A stretch of 64,000 bases of DNA from a virus. The translations under genes were made by a program, and so were the position numbers. Shown here piece after piece: positions 20,692 to 30,475 of this stretch; within the stretch, counting starts at the first letter, position 1; each line of letters starts with the position of its first letter. Below the pieces are notes generated by a model. The model was not told where the DNA came from. It did no database searches and saw nothing but the letters and a program-made list of their open reading frames with translations. Location: positions 5,592 through 69,591 of IMG/VR virus record IMGVR_UViG_3300049433_000110; one strand, 5' to 3'.

Positions 20692-21635
20692 CAGAGGAGA
20701 ACGTATTCTACGTATACGAACACTGGCGTCCTGACAAGAACGTCTGTTTCTACGTTGGCAAGGGGAAAGGTAAGCGCGCCTGGAGTTTGGTGCGTGTACG
20801 AAACAGGTGGCACACTGGCGTGGTGTCTAAACTCACGTCAATTGGACTCACGGTTGATGTGCGCATCATAGCATCCAACCTATCAGCGCAGGATGCTCTG
20901 GCCATGGAAATAGAGCGCATTGCCATGTACGGCAGGGGAAATCTGACCAATTTAACTAGAGGGGGCGATGGTCTTGTTGATCCCTCTCCTGAGGTTGTGC
21001 GCCGCATATCAGAATCTCAAAAGGCTAGATATGCCAAAATGACACCAGAAGAGCGCGCTAAGTTTTTTGAATGTTTCAAAAACAGACCTCCAATTTCTGA
21101 GGAGACGAGAAAAAAATTATCCCTGTCGAGTACGGGGAGGTGTCATGACGCTAACGCAAGAGAGCGCATCAGTACAGCTCGAAAGGCAGCAGGTATGCCT
21201 CGCCATGTTATAGAGGCATCCATTAGGGCTAAGACTGGAAAGAAGCTCGCCCCCTTCAAGGATTCAACTATCGAAAAGATGAGATTGGCATCTATTGAAC
21301 GAGAACGCAGAAAAAAGGAGAAGAGACTGGCCGATTGTTTGCCACATCTAACTGTAAAGTCTAGATCTGTAGTATGCCTAGATGATGGGAAAATATTCCC
21401 TAGCATAGCAGTAGCTTCCGAATATTACGGAATACACCGAACTACGATTAATCAGGTATGCAAGGGCGTCCGTAGCCACAAAACGGCCGGTGGAAAAAGG
21501 TTCGCCTATGAGGAAGAAAGGGAAATCAGGCTGAATGCCCCGTTTCAACTTCGCTCCCCTATTACAGAAGAAGCTAGACGAAACATTTCCGAAGCTGCGA
21601 AGTTGGGCTGGTTGAAGAGGAAAAAGGCAGCGTAA
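20688..21635 (+). CDS. Free-standing GIY-YIG homing endonuclease with NUMOD domains
   Basis: FYVYEH...FYVGKG..KRA, E...I, LTNLTRGGDG; SEETRKKLS repeats; AT-rich. Confidence 0.88.
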   Translation: MTEENVFYVYEHWRPDKNVCFYVGKGKGKRAWSLVRVRNRWHTGVVSKLTSIGLTVDVRIIASNLSAQDALAMEIERIAMYGRGNLTNLTRGGDGLVDPSPEVVRRISESQKARYAKMTPEERAKFFECFKNRPPISEETRKKLSLSSTGRCHDANARERISTARKAAGMPRHVIEASIRAKTGKKLAPFKDSTIEKMRLASIERERRKKEKRLADCLPHLTVKSRSVVCLDDGKIFPSIAVASEYYGIHRTTINQVCKGVRSHKTAGGKRFAYEEEREIRLNAPFQLRSPITEEARRNISEAAKLGWLKRKKAA

Positions 21636-22372
21636 TGGCCTACGCATCCAAAGCAGGCAGGTGCAGGACATCGGCCAAATCCCCCGTTGCACAATCTGTT
21701 TGTGATCGTTGCGGCATCTGGTTTTCGATTACGGACACCTCTTTTCAGAGTGACTGGCGAGGCACGAGCTTGCAGTGTCTCTGGCTGCGCGTATGTCGGC
21801 GATGTTTGGACGTTCCACAGGCCCAACTTCGCGCAATCCAGTTGCCTGCCGATCCAACACCTGTCTGGCAGCCTCGCGTTGAGAACTTCATCACCGCCGA
21901 AGTGGACTCGAATCAGCCCATCGGCATCCCAACCGGCCTCGATCAGAACGCGGTGATGCCCTACAACGGCACCGTGCAAAAAGCCTTCGCCGTGCCGCTC
22001 TTGCTGCTCTCGGTTACCTCCAACGGCACAACGACGATCTTCGTAACCTGCTCTCAACCGCATGGGCTGAACAACGACGATCAGATTGCAGTCCAGGGAC
22101 TGTCGGATCGCAATGCCTGCGGATTCTTCAGCATCACGATGTTCACAGCCACGGTGTTCACCTACACGACCGGGAATCCAGTCACCGCGGCATCGCTGCT
22201 GACACCCACGACGCGCATGATCACGTGCTTGGTCGGTTTGCCACGGGGATCGACACAGATCCCGCAGATATCGACAGCGTCGCCCCCACAGCCCTCCGTC
22301 ACTCTCGTAACCGAGACCGGACTATTCCTAGAGACGGAGACGGGGCAGACACTCCGGACTGAAATACCATGA
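21635..22372 (+). CDS. Tail-module protein with N-terminal Zn finger and C-terminal LxTExG repeats
   Basis: CDRCG...VCRRCLD.PQ.QL; LVTETGLFLETETGQTLRTE. Confidence 0.65.
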   Translation: MAYASKAGRCRTSAKSPVAQSVCDRCGIWFSITDTSFQSDWRGTSLQCLWLRVCRRCLDVPQAQLRAIQLPADPTPVWQPRVENFITAEVDSNQPIGIPTGLDQNAVMPYNGTVQKAFAVPLLLLSVTSNGTTTIFVTCSQPHGLNNDDQIAVQGLSDRNACGFFSITMFTATVFTYTTGNPVTAASLLTPTTRMITCLVGLPRGSTQIPQISTASPPQPSVTLVTETGLFLETETGQTLRTEIP

Positions 22373-24492
22373 AGAAACTGTTCGTGTGGATCGTCTTGTT
22401 GCCTCTGTCCGCGTGGGCACAGCAGAAGCTTTCGACGTTACCGCCGGCTCAGACTCAGACGGGCACGGAGATCATCCCGGAATATCAAGCGGGAAGCTGC
22501 ATTACCACAGGAGGAACCTGCGGCGTCACGCCAGCACAGCTTGCGAACTATGCGGTCGCGCAGATTCCTGTTTCCGCTGCAAACGCGTTTACTGCGTTGT
22601 TGCTGGCGAACAATGTCGATATCACGGGCACCATAGAAAGCTCATCCGGACTTCAGGCTGCGTTGAACGCCTGTACCCAGTCAGTTCACTGTGTCGCTAC
22701 ATTTCCGCCCAACGCCATCATCAAGATCAACAACGGCATCACTATTACGAGCGGCGTGCAGAGCATCGATTCCAGCGGCTTGAATCTGAATGCAACAGGC
22801 ATGACCACGGGATGCATCTCCGTGCTCGAGGCGAGTTTCACGGCCTCGATTACGGGTACCGTGATGACGGTGACAGCGATCAGCCAGGGCACGGTACGAG
22901 CTGGAGATGTGCTCTCAGGCTCCGGAATCACCGCCGGTACCACCATCACGGCCGTTCCTGGGACGGGCGCCGGCCTGAGCGGCACCTACAACCTGAGTCA
23001 ATCGCAGTCCGTGGGGAGTGAAACGATGACGATCAGCGGCTGCTTTGCGATGGTCGTAAGCGCGAATGCCAGCTCCCCTTATTGGATTGGCGCTCCGGCG
23101 CAACCGATCGGACAGTTCTCTTTGTCCGGTCCAACCGCAAACACCAGCAACGTTGACGGGATCTTCATCGGTCGTACCGCTGGCAATGGCAACGTCACCG
23201 GGCAGTCGCTCTCGAATTTCTTCACCAATGGCTTCCGCGATGCAATGGTCATTGGCAGCGATGTGTACGTGGATTCGGTCTGGAATGGGAACATCCAGGG
23301 CGCATGGCGCAATGGACTGTTCTACAACGCGGCCCTGGTCTCGGGCGAGAACTTCTCCTGGCATGGCGGCGGCATCTCCGGGTGTGTGAATCCGGTCACG
23401 GTGACATTCACAGGCTCCCCGAGCGGCACCAGCGCGTCGCTAGCCTCTACCTGGATCCTTCCAACCAACTTCTATCCAGTGAAATTCAGTGACGGAGAGT
23501 TGCGCCCGGTCACATTGACCAACGGGGCCACGACAGCGACATGGGCGGCCTCGCTCACCGGGACACCGACCGCGATAGCCACCACATCCTATGGCGCTGC
23601 GGGCGTCTACCTACCGAACTCGCAAGGCAACGGCGGGACGAAGGAACTGTTTCTGGCTGGGGTCTCGCTCGATTACAACGATCAGCAGATTGTGGACTTG
23701 GGCGGCATCGTGGATTGCACCCCTTGCCACATCGAGGACAATCACTACCAGGGCCAGCTCATTACCATCGTGCAGGGGACCAACTCCCAGCCGACCGGTG
23801 TGCAGTTGGACGGTGGAACGGTCGCTCTGTTTGACCTGTCTCCGCGCTCCTCTTTGATCAGCGTATCCGCTCCGCAGAACGGTGCCTTCTTCCGGGCTCG
23901 GGCTCGTTTCGCTAACTCGGCGGCTTCGACCTACTTCACCGTGAGCAGCGGGACTCCTGCGATCAATGTTCATGGCAGCAACTTCAACGACTTCGGCGCA
24001 GGTGGCGCGTCCGCCTCTCTCGGGACGCAGCTCAACCTGCTACACAACCCCGGGTTCGAGACCGGTACGCTGGCTGGCTGGCAAGCCACAGGTAACTCAA
24101 CTGGCCCTGGCTGGCAGGTCACGGTGGATACCGTCACGGTCCATTCCGGCACCTACTCCATGCAGGTGATTTCAACGACCACGGGCACGAACACTTTCTC
24201 TCAATCGATCCCGTGCCAGCCCGGCGATCAGTTGAAGATGCGCGAGTGGATAAACATCTCAGCTTATACGTCGGGGACACTCAACGCCTCGGTCTATTTC
24301 TACGATTCTGCAGGAGTGGATAAAGTTAGTTCGACCGTCCTGCGACCTAGCACGGGGACCACCCCAGGTTGGCTCGCTGTCCAAGGTTCCATCTGGGTAC
24401 CTTCTGGGACACAGTCCTGTTGGCTCGGCATCGACTCGACCGACTTCATCGGCACTTTCAACCTGGATGACGCTGAATTCAATGACATCTAA
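22369..24492 (+). CDS. Tailspike-like beta-helix protein with Sec signal peptide and C-terminal CBM
   Basis: MKKLFVWIVLLPLSAWA|QQ; LQAALNA...FPP pectate-lyase-like start; NLLHNPGFETG...VHSGTYSM...LDD CBM4/9-like end. Confidence 0.72.
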   Translation: MKKLFVWIVLLPLSAWAQQKLSTLPPAQTQTGTEIIPEYQAGSCITTGGTCGVTPAQLANYAVAQIPVSAANAFTALLLANNVDITGTIESSSGLQAALNACTQSVHCVATFPPNAIIKINNGITITSGVQSIDSSGLNLNATGMTTGCISVLEASFTASITGTVMTVTAISQGTVRAGDVLSGSGITAGTTITAVPGTGAGLSGTYNLSQSQSVGSETMTISGCFAMVVSANASSPYWIGAPAQPIGQFSLSGPTANTSNVDGIFIGRTAGNGNVTGQSLSNFFTNGFRDAMVIGSDVYVDSVWNGNIQGAWRNGLFYNAALVSGENFSWHGGGISGCVNPVTVTFTGSPSGTSASLASTWILPTNFYPVKFSDGELRPVTLTNGATTATWAASLTGTPTAIATTSYGAAGVYLPNSQGNGGTKELFLAGVSLDYNDQQIVDLGGIVDCTPCHIEDNHYQGQLITIVQGTNSQPTGVQLDGGTVALFDLSPRSSLISVSAPQNGAFFRARARFANSAASTYFTVSSGTPAINVHGSNFNDFGAGGASASLGTQLNLLHNPGFETGTLAGWQATGNSTGPGWQVTVDTVTVHSGTYSMQVISTTTGTNTFSQSIPCQPGDQLKMREWINISAYTSGTLNASVYFYDSAGVDKVSSTVLRPSTGTTPGWLAVQGSIWVPSGTQSCWLGIDSTDFIGTFNLDDAEFNDI

Positions 24493-25393
24493 AAAATTCA
24501 TTGCCGGACTCGTTGTCGGCCTAGTTGGTGCGCTATCGATCTCCTTGTTCGGTGCTCAGCAGACGCTGAACTCGCCAGTTAGCGGCCCATATGTAGGGCA
24601 AGGGCAGCATACAGGCACAGCAAACTTCTATGGCGGTTCCCTACAGGATGTCATCGCCAAACAGCAGGCGATGAATACGGAGTTGTATAGCGGCTCCGAA
24701 TTGACATTCTCGGGGCTGGCCGGACCAATTCATGTCGGTAATTCGACGGACAATCAGGGCTTCCTATTCGACAGCACGGGTAACTACACCTTTGCTGGCG
24801 CGGTTATTACGACCGGCGTCAAGGTCACGGGCAGCGGCTGCGTCAACACGGCCGGCATCAATCTGCCGACGACGACGACGCTCGGGATTTGCACGTTTTC
24901 AGTGCTGCGTGGCATCTGGGATGCAAGCAACAACGCCGTTCCCATCGTTGCCGCAAGCACGACGTCTGAGACGAACGGATTCCTGTACTACCCCGGCGCG
25001 TCCGGCGTTCCCACGGGCGTCCCGGCGAACCTTGCGGGTAACTACGCCAACTCGTTTCCGACCTATTACGACAGCGCACATCATCGGATGTATGCCTACG
25101 ATGGCGCGGCATGGCACAACATAGCCGACAGTGCGACTGCGCCAGTGCTGTCGGGCACGACTGGCTCCATCGGCGGGGGCGCCTTGACGGCCGGACAATG
25201 CACATCGGGCACCGTCGCCGTGGCTGGCTCTACCAATGCGATGGCGGTCTCCGCAAGTCCCGTGGCCGATCCGGGCACCGGTTTTACGTGGGGCGCGTTT
25301 GTCAGCTCCGCCGGTACGGTCACGGTGCGCGTATGCGCGGTGGCCGCCGGCACGCCCACAACCTCCAATTACAACGTGCGCGTCCAGCAGTAG
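24482..25393 (+). CDS. Fibre-like protein with Sec signal peptide
   Basis: MTSKKFIAGLVVGLVGALSISLFGA|QQ; NGFLY.P...GVPTGVP...YYD; 4 Cys. Confidence 0.65.
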   Translation: MTSKKFIAGLVVGLVGALSISLFGAQQTLNSPVSGPYVGQGQHTGTANFYGGSLQDVIAKQQAMNTELYSGSELTFSGLAGPIHVGNSTDNQGFLFDSTGNYTFAGAVITTGVKVTGSGCVNTAGINLPTTTTLGICTFSVLRGIWDASNNAVPIVAASTTSETNGFLYYPGASGVPTGVPANLAGNYANSFPTYYDSAHHRMYAYDGAAWHNIADSATAPVLSGTTGSIGGGALTAGQCTSGTVAVAGSTNAMAVSASPVADPGTGFTWGAFVSSAGTVTVRVCAVAAGTPTTSNYNVRVQQ

Positions 25394-25395
25394 CC

Positions 25396-26184
25396 ATGAC
25401 CTCACCCGCCCTCAATCCGCTCTCCTTCAACGCCTGGGTGCAAACGGTCGGCGTCATGGCGGTTGCTCAGACGCAAGTGAGTGCCGGCGTGTGGGGGTTC
25501 GTGGATGCACCACTTCAAGCCGTCGTTGGCCAAATGCTGAATTATGCCGAGGCGAGGATTCAGCGCGATATCGACGCTCTGCAGGCTCGCTCATCCAACA
25601 CGTATGCATTGACAGTGGGAAATAGTCTACTGTCGATTCCGATCAACGACTTTCTGGCTATTGAAACCTTAGAGACGACCCAAGTCAGTAACGGCATTGT
25701 TGTCAACAGCACGCCGTTGATACCCGTATCGAAGGAGTTTATACAGAATTGCTACTCCGGCGTGTTCAGCACCGGCATGCCGAAGTACTACGCGATGTAC
25801 GGGGATACCTTCGGAGACGGCGCCAACACCAACGTCAACGTGCTGCTGGGACCACCACCGAACTTCGCCTACCCGGTTCGAGTGACGGGTGTCATTCGCA
25901 TGCCGTCTCTGTTCCAGTTCGCAACTCCAGGGCCTGCGGATACGTCCTACACTTACATATCACAGTGGCTTCCAGACCTCTTGTTGCTTGCTAGTATGAT
26001 ATTCATCAGCGCATACCAGAGAAATTGGACTGCAAACAGCGACGATCCCGCGATGCCGGTCAACTACGAGAAGCAATATCGGACGCTGCTGGCGGGCGCC
26101 ATTGCCGAGGAGAATCGAAAGAAGGGCCTCGGAAGTGGTTACTCGGCCTACTCGACGCCTGTGACGGCAACTCCTACTCGGTGA
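25396..26184 (+). CDS. Tail adaptor (tail tubular protein A-like)
   Basis: YAEARIQRD...G.PKYYA...LLGPPP...PDLLL.AS. Confidence 0.7.
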   Translation: MTSPALNPLSFNAWVQTVGVMAVAQTQVSAGVWGFVDAPLQAVVGQMLNYAEARIQRDIDALQARSSNTYALTVGNSLLSIPINDFLAIETLETTQVSNGIVVNSTPLIPVSKEFIQNCYSGVFSTGMPKYYAMYGDTFGDGANTNVNVLLGPPPNFAYPVRVTGVIRMPSLFQFATPGPADTSYTYISQWLPDLLLLASMIFISAYQRNWTANSDDPAMPVNYEKQYRTLLAGAIAEENRKKGLGSGYSAYSTPVTATPTR

Positions 26185-26187
26185 TAT

Positions 26188-28284
26188 GTGCCGCACGCAC
26201 TTCTTAGACTCGTGCCGGGTGTTGATTCTCAAGAGACACCCGCGCTCAATGAAAACTCGGGCATTTCTCAGTCGCAGTTAATAAGGTTCTTTCCTGATCG
26301 TAACGGGTTGGCTTTGGTCGCAAAGTTGGGCGGCTGGAATCGTTTTTTTGGTCAACCGATGCCGGCCATCGCCCGAGCTCTCTGGGCATGGGAAGACCTG
26401 AATCTCAACACGCATCTTGCGGTAGGGACGCAGACGACTGCCAACGGATATGCACTGTTGGGCGTCATCACCAACGGCATCCTGCAGAACATAACGCCTC
26501 AGCAATCTGCTGAAGACATCGCGCCCGCGGTCGCGACGACCTCGGGAAGCTCCATTGTCACCATCACCGACAACACGACGCTGGGCATCACCGGCTACGA
26601 TTCGGTTTACATCGCGACGCAGATCGCCATTGGCGGCGTGGTGTTGTTCGGTCTGTACCAGTGCGGCTTGCTGAGCAACAATGCCTACACGGTGCAGGCG
26701 GTCGATATCCTGGGTAACCCGCTGCCGGCCACCAGTTCCTCGACGTCGCCCGTGTTGCCAGTCTTCACAACCGTCAGCGGCTCGTTGACAGTCACCGTCA
26801 ATCTGCCGCATTACATCTATCAAGTGGGAGGCACCTTTTCGGTATTGGTGGCCACGACCGTCGGCGGCATCACGCTGTACGGAAACTACGTGGTGCAGTC
26901 GCTGGTAGACGCGAGCAACTTCACGATCATTGGCGGAAATCCGGCGAACGCTTCGACCAGCGGCACGTTGAACGGAGGCAACGCCCATCTCATCTACAGT
27001 TACGGCTACGGCACGATTCCCGGCGGTATCGGATACGGCGCCGGGGCCTACGGGGCGGGTGGCTACGGCACGGGCAATGCGGTATCGCCGGCTTCGGGTA
27101 CCTGGATTACGGCGAACGATTGGACGCTGGATAACTGGGGTGAGATCCTGATCGCCTGCGCGGATCAGACACTCACGCCCGGCACGACACCGTTCCAACC
27201 GCTGTATCAATGGGAAGAAAACGTGACGGGCGCCACGATCATCACGGCAGCGCCGCCGGTCAATGACGGCGCCTTTGTCGCGATGCCTCAACGGCAGATT
27301 GTGGCGTGGGGGAGCACGCAGACCGGGATTCAAGATCCGCTGCTGGTGAACTGGTGCGATGTCAACAACTTCAACCAGTGGATTGCGCTGCCCACCAACC
27401 AAGCCGGTTCCTATCGCATCCCGCGAGGATCTCGGATTGTGGGAGGGCTGCAGGGACCGCAGCAGGCCATCCTGTGGACCGACATCGACGCCTGGTCGAT
27501 GCAGTACATCGGGCCGCCGTACATCTACTCATTCAACGAGATCGGTTCAGGGTGTGGACTCATCGCGCGCAAGGCCGCAGCGTTCATGAACGGAATCGGG
27601 TATTGGATGGGACCGTCGCAATTCTTCACTCTGAGTGGGGCAGGCATACAGCCGCTACCCTGTACGGTCTGGGATGTTGTGTTTCAGAATTTGCACCCCA
27701 ATACGGCAAACCTCTACAAGATCAGAGTGGCCGTGAATTCCCTCTTTGGGGAGATCACGTGGTACTACCCATCCGCGAATGGAACAGGCGAGATCGACTC
27801 CTATGTGAAATATACCGCGCTGCTCAATATATGGGATTACGGCACGCTGGGCCGTACGGCGTGGGTCGATCAATCTGTGCTGGGACCTCCCATTGGCGCT
27901 GATCCGGTGACGGGGCTGCTGTATCAACACGAGACCTCCAACGATGCTGACTTGCAGGCCATGCAGCCGTACTTCCAGAGCGGCTACTTCACGCTCAGCG
28001 AAGGGGATCTGAAGACGTTCATTGACTTGATTTGGCCGGATATGAAGTGGGGCAAAGTTTCGCAATCGCCGACAGCGGTCGTGCAGGTCAGTTTTTACGT
28101 GGTTGACTACCCTGGCGACACGCCGACGATTTACGGCCCGTACTCAGTGACGCAAGCGACTCAGTATTTCAACACTCGACTTCGGGGTCGATTGGTTTCC
28201 ATCAGGATATCGAGCAGTGACCTAGGTAGTTGGTGGAGGATCGGCGCGCTGCGCTATCGATACGCGGCCGACGGCAAATTTTGA
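26188..28284 (+). CDS. Tail nozzle/stabilisation protein (P22 gp10-like)
   Basis: KLGGW, WTLDNWGE, DPLLVNWCD, NQAGS.RI, EITWYYPS, WRIG..R. Confidence 0.8.
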   Translation: MPHALLRLVPGVDSQETPALNENSGISQSQLIRFFPDRNGLALVAKLGGWNRFFGQPMPAIARALWAWEDLNLNTHLAVGTQTTANGYALLGVITNGILQNITPQQSAEDIAPAVATTSGSSIVTITDNTTLGITGYDSVYIATQIAIGGVVLFGLYQCGLLSNNAYTVQAVDILGNPLPATSSSTSPVLPVFTTVSGSLTVTVNLPHYIYQVGGTFSVLVATTVGGITLYGNYVVQSLVDASNFTIIGGNPANASTSGTLNGGNAHLIYSYGYGTIPGGIGYGAGAYGAGGYGTGNAVSPASGTWITANDWTLDNWGEILIACADQTLTPGTTPFQPLYQWEENVTGATIITAAPPVNDGAFVAMPQRQIVAWGSTQTGIQDPLLVNWCDVNNFNQWIALPTNQAGSYRIPRGSRIVGGLQGPQQAILWTDIDAWSMQYIGPPYIYSFNEIGSGCGLIARKAAAFMNGIGYWMGPSQFFTLSGAGIQPLPCTVWDVVFQNLHPNTANLYKIRVAVNSLFGEITWYYPSANGTGEIDSYVKYTALLNIWDYGTLGRTAWVDQSVLGPPIGADPVTGLLYQHETSNDADLQAMQPYFQSGYFTLSEGDLKTFIDLIWPDMKWGKVSQSPTAVVQVSFYVVDYPGDTPTIYGPYSVTQATQYFNTRLRGRLVSIRISSSDLGSWWRIGALRYRYAADGKF

Positions 28285-28652
28285 TGGCTAACCAACCACA
28301 ACAAACCGGCGGTGCATCCCTCTCAGACGTCCTGACCGTCGCCAAGAACATTGTTCAGGCGATCAGCGCGCTTGCGCAAGGTTATCTCAACGTCCAGGGC
28401 GCGCAGAACTTCGCGGGACTGGCAGCCGCCACGGTCGTGAAGTCCTCTGCGGGCCGCATCGCGAACATCAGTGTTATCGTTGCGGGCTCAGCGACGGGAG
28501 CCGTGTACGATAGCGCGGCGACGGGAAACACGGCCAAGCCGTTGTTCATAATTCCAATGACCGTGGGAGTGACTGTGGTCAATCTGCCGGCGAGCTTCGG
28601 CATAACGATTGTCCCCGGTACGGGCCAGACTGTGAGCGGGAGCTTTTCGTAG
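28284..28652 (+). CDS. Small tail-associated protein
   Basis: TGATG overlap; N-terminal helix then beta-rich domain. Confidence 0.6.
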   Translation: MANQPQQTGGASLSDVLTVAKNIVQAISALAQGYLNVQGAQNFAGLAAATVVKSSAGRIANISVIVAGSATGAVYDSAATGNTAKPLFIIPMTVGVTVVNLPASFGITIVPGTGQTVSGSFS

Positions 28653-29627
28653 ATGCCACTCGCACCGGGCAAACGCAACATCGGTCGGAACATTGAGACC
28701 GAACAGGACGCAGGCAAGCCTCACGAGCAGGCGGTTGCCATTGCGCTCGATGTGGCACGCCGCAAGCGGGCCGAGGGCGGCTCGACTACCCACAAGTACC
28801 ACTCGGGCCCGATCCACAGTTCTGTTGCGGGGCGTACCGACCATCTTCCAATTACTGTTGAGAGTGGCAGTTATGTTTTGCCGGCCGACGCGGTTTCCCA
28901 TCTTGGAGAATCGAATACGCTCGCCGGCTTCAAAGTGCTGCGCCGGATGTTCGGCGGGGAGCCGTATGGCGGGAACGGGCATCCTTACGGCCAGTCGGGC
29001 GGTCCCTACGGAGCTTCCATGGGGCGGGCAACGGGCGGCAAGGTTGAGCGCCGCGCCGCCGGCATCCTCTTCGTCTCGCCCGAGAAAGAGGTGCTGTTGA
29101 TGCGCCGCGCGGGCAAGGATCACTCGGGCGAATGGGCGCTCCCGGCCGGGGGGGTTGAAAAGGGCGAGACTCCCGAACAAGCAGCTCGGCGCGAGACGGA
29201 AGAGGAGGCCGGATACTCCCACGAGGGAGGGCTCTCTCCTTTCATGCACAGTGAGCGCGACGGCGTTGTATTTGATACATTTTTGGCTCAGTCTACCGAC
29301 AAGTTCAAACCCCAACTTAACGATGAACATGACGGTGCGATCTGGATCAAGCCATCTGAGGCAGAAAAAAAGCTTCCCTTGCATCCGGGGGTGCGCAGCG
29401 CGCTCGAGAAACTCTCTCGACGAACTGGCAAGGCGCATGGCGGGGAGACATCGGGAGTGCCGATCGTGGCGGCGGGGGGTGAGTGGGTGATTAGTCCACA
29501 TCACGTTGAGCAGATTGGGGCGGGCGACATGGATCGAGGTCACCGCGTGCTCGATGCGTTTGTGCTCAAGATCCGCAAAGAACAGATTGGCAAGTTGCAG
29601 AAGATGTCTCCGCCGAGGAAGGACTGA
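28653..29627 (+). CDS. Modular virion protein with inserted NUDIX hydrolase domain
   Basis: Nudix box GGVEKGETPEQAARRETEEEAGY (29148-29216); flanking duplicated P-I-x(4)-G-[SE]-[YW]-V domain; N-terminal QAVAIAL motif. Confidence 0.8.
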   Translation: MPLAPGKRNIGRNIETEQDAGKPHEQAVAIALDVARRKRAEGGSTTHKYHSGPIHSSVAGRTDHLPITVESGSYVLPADAVSHLGESNTLAGFKVLRRMFGGEPYGGNGHPYGQSGGPYGASMGRATGGKVERRAAGILFVSPEKEVLLMRRAGKDHSGEWALPAGGVEKGETPEQAARRETEEEAGYSHEGGLSPFMHSERDGVVFDTFLAQSTDKFKPQLNDEHDGAIWIKPSEAEKKLPLHPGVRSALEKLSRRTGKAHGGETSGVPIVAAGGEWVISPHHVEQIGAGDMDRGHRVLDAFVLKIRKEQIGKLQKMSPPRKD

Positions 29628-29628
29628 C

Positions 29629-29769
29629 ATGCAAAAGCTACTCTGCCACCTGTTGGGACATCGCGGAGCAACCGTGAGTGTGCTTGTCACAATCAATGGT
29701 CGCTATTGCCACAGTCATGACTACTGTGAGTTTTGCAGACAGGAGTACCCACCGGGGGTCCTTCTGTGA
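29629..29769 (+). CDS. Small Cys/His protein (DUF1660-like)
   Basis: LLCHLLGH...CEFC. Confidence 0.5.
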   Translation: MQKLLCHLLGHRGATVSVLVTINGRYCHSHDYCEFCRQEYPPGVLL

Positions 29770-30272
29770 GCCTAACCCTCTCCATCTACGACGACCTCAA
29801 AATCCGCCTCGGCACTACGGCGGACATGGATGAGGTCATGCAACTCGCCATCATGGCAGCTGCAGAGAACGGCGCCATGTCGGCAAGTAAACTGTTGCTA
29901 GTCAAAATCGTCTGGCCCAAGTTGACTCTCCAGAACGGCATAATTGGCTGTATCGGTAAGCCGGGCGGCAAGATCGAGGGCATGGTGGTGCTGCAAGTTG
30001 GAACGTTGCCCTATACAGAAGAACCATGCGTGGAAGAAATTGTGCTCTTCGTGCATCCTGACTTTAGAAATGCCAAGGGTGGGCGCGCTACCAAATTACT
30101 CGAGTTCAGCCGATCGGCATCGCAGAAGTTGGAATTACCTCTGGTGATCGGAGTTTTTTCGACAATTGCCACGCGGCAGAAGTGCAAGTTGTATGAGCGT
30201 GTGTTAGGTCCGCCATCTGGTAATTATTGGATCTACGGGCGGAAAACGGGTGGGCATGAGGTAGGGGCGTGA
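29766..30272 (+). CDS. GNAT-fold protein preceding ejection genes
   Basis: IRLGT..D...LFVHPDFRNAKGGRATKLL. Confidence 0.7.
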   Translation: MSLTLSIYDDLKIRLGTTADMDEVMQLAIMAAAENGAMSASKLLLVKIVWPKLTLQNGIIGCIGKPGGKIEGMVVLQVGTLPYTEEPCVEEIVLFVHPDFRNAKGGRATKLLEFSRSASQKLELPLVIGVFSTIATRQKCKLYERVLGPPSGNYWIYGRKTGGHEVGA

Positions 30273-30475
30273 GCGATCCAGGTCCATTCGACGACGCAGA
30301 TATCCTCATGCGCTTGCGTGGCATCGTGTCTGAGTTGCTCACCAAGCATACAGATGCCAAGGAAACCGGGAATTCAGGCTGCGGCATGGGGTCCGCCGAT
30401 GTTGAATTTGACCTCAATGGAGTAAAATTCACGGTGTCAATCAGTCTGTCTGAGGATGACGACGTTGAGCACTAG
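30269..30475 (+). CDS. Hypothetical protein
   Basis: GTGA overlap; acidic C-terminus. Confidence 0.5.
   Translation: MSDPGPFDDADILMRLRGIVSELLTKHTDAKETGNSGCGMGSADVEFDLNGVKFTVSISLSEDDDVEH

Noticed and set aside
28488-29696. Long antisense or overlapping ORFs (e.g. 28488-29696 -, 26278-27402 -, 54238-55335 +)
   Set aside because: Shadow ORFs of GC-rich genes that already have clear motifs in another frame.
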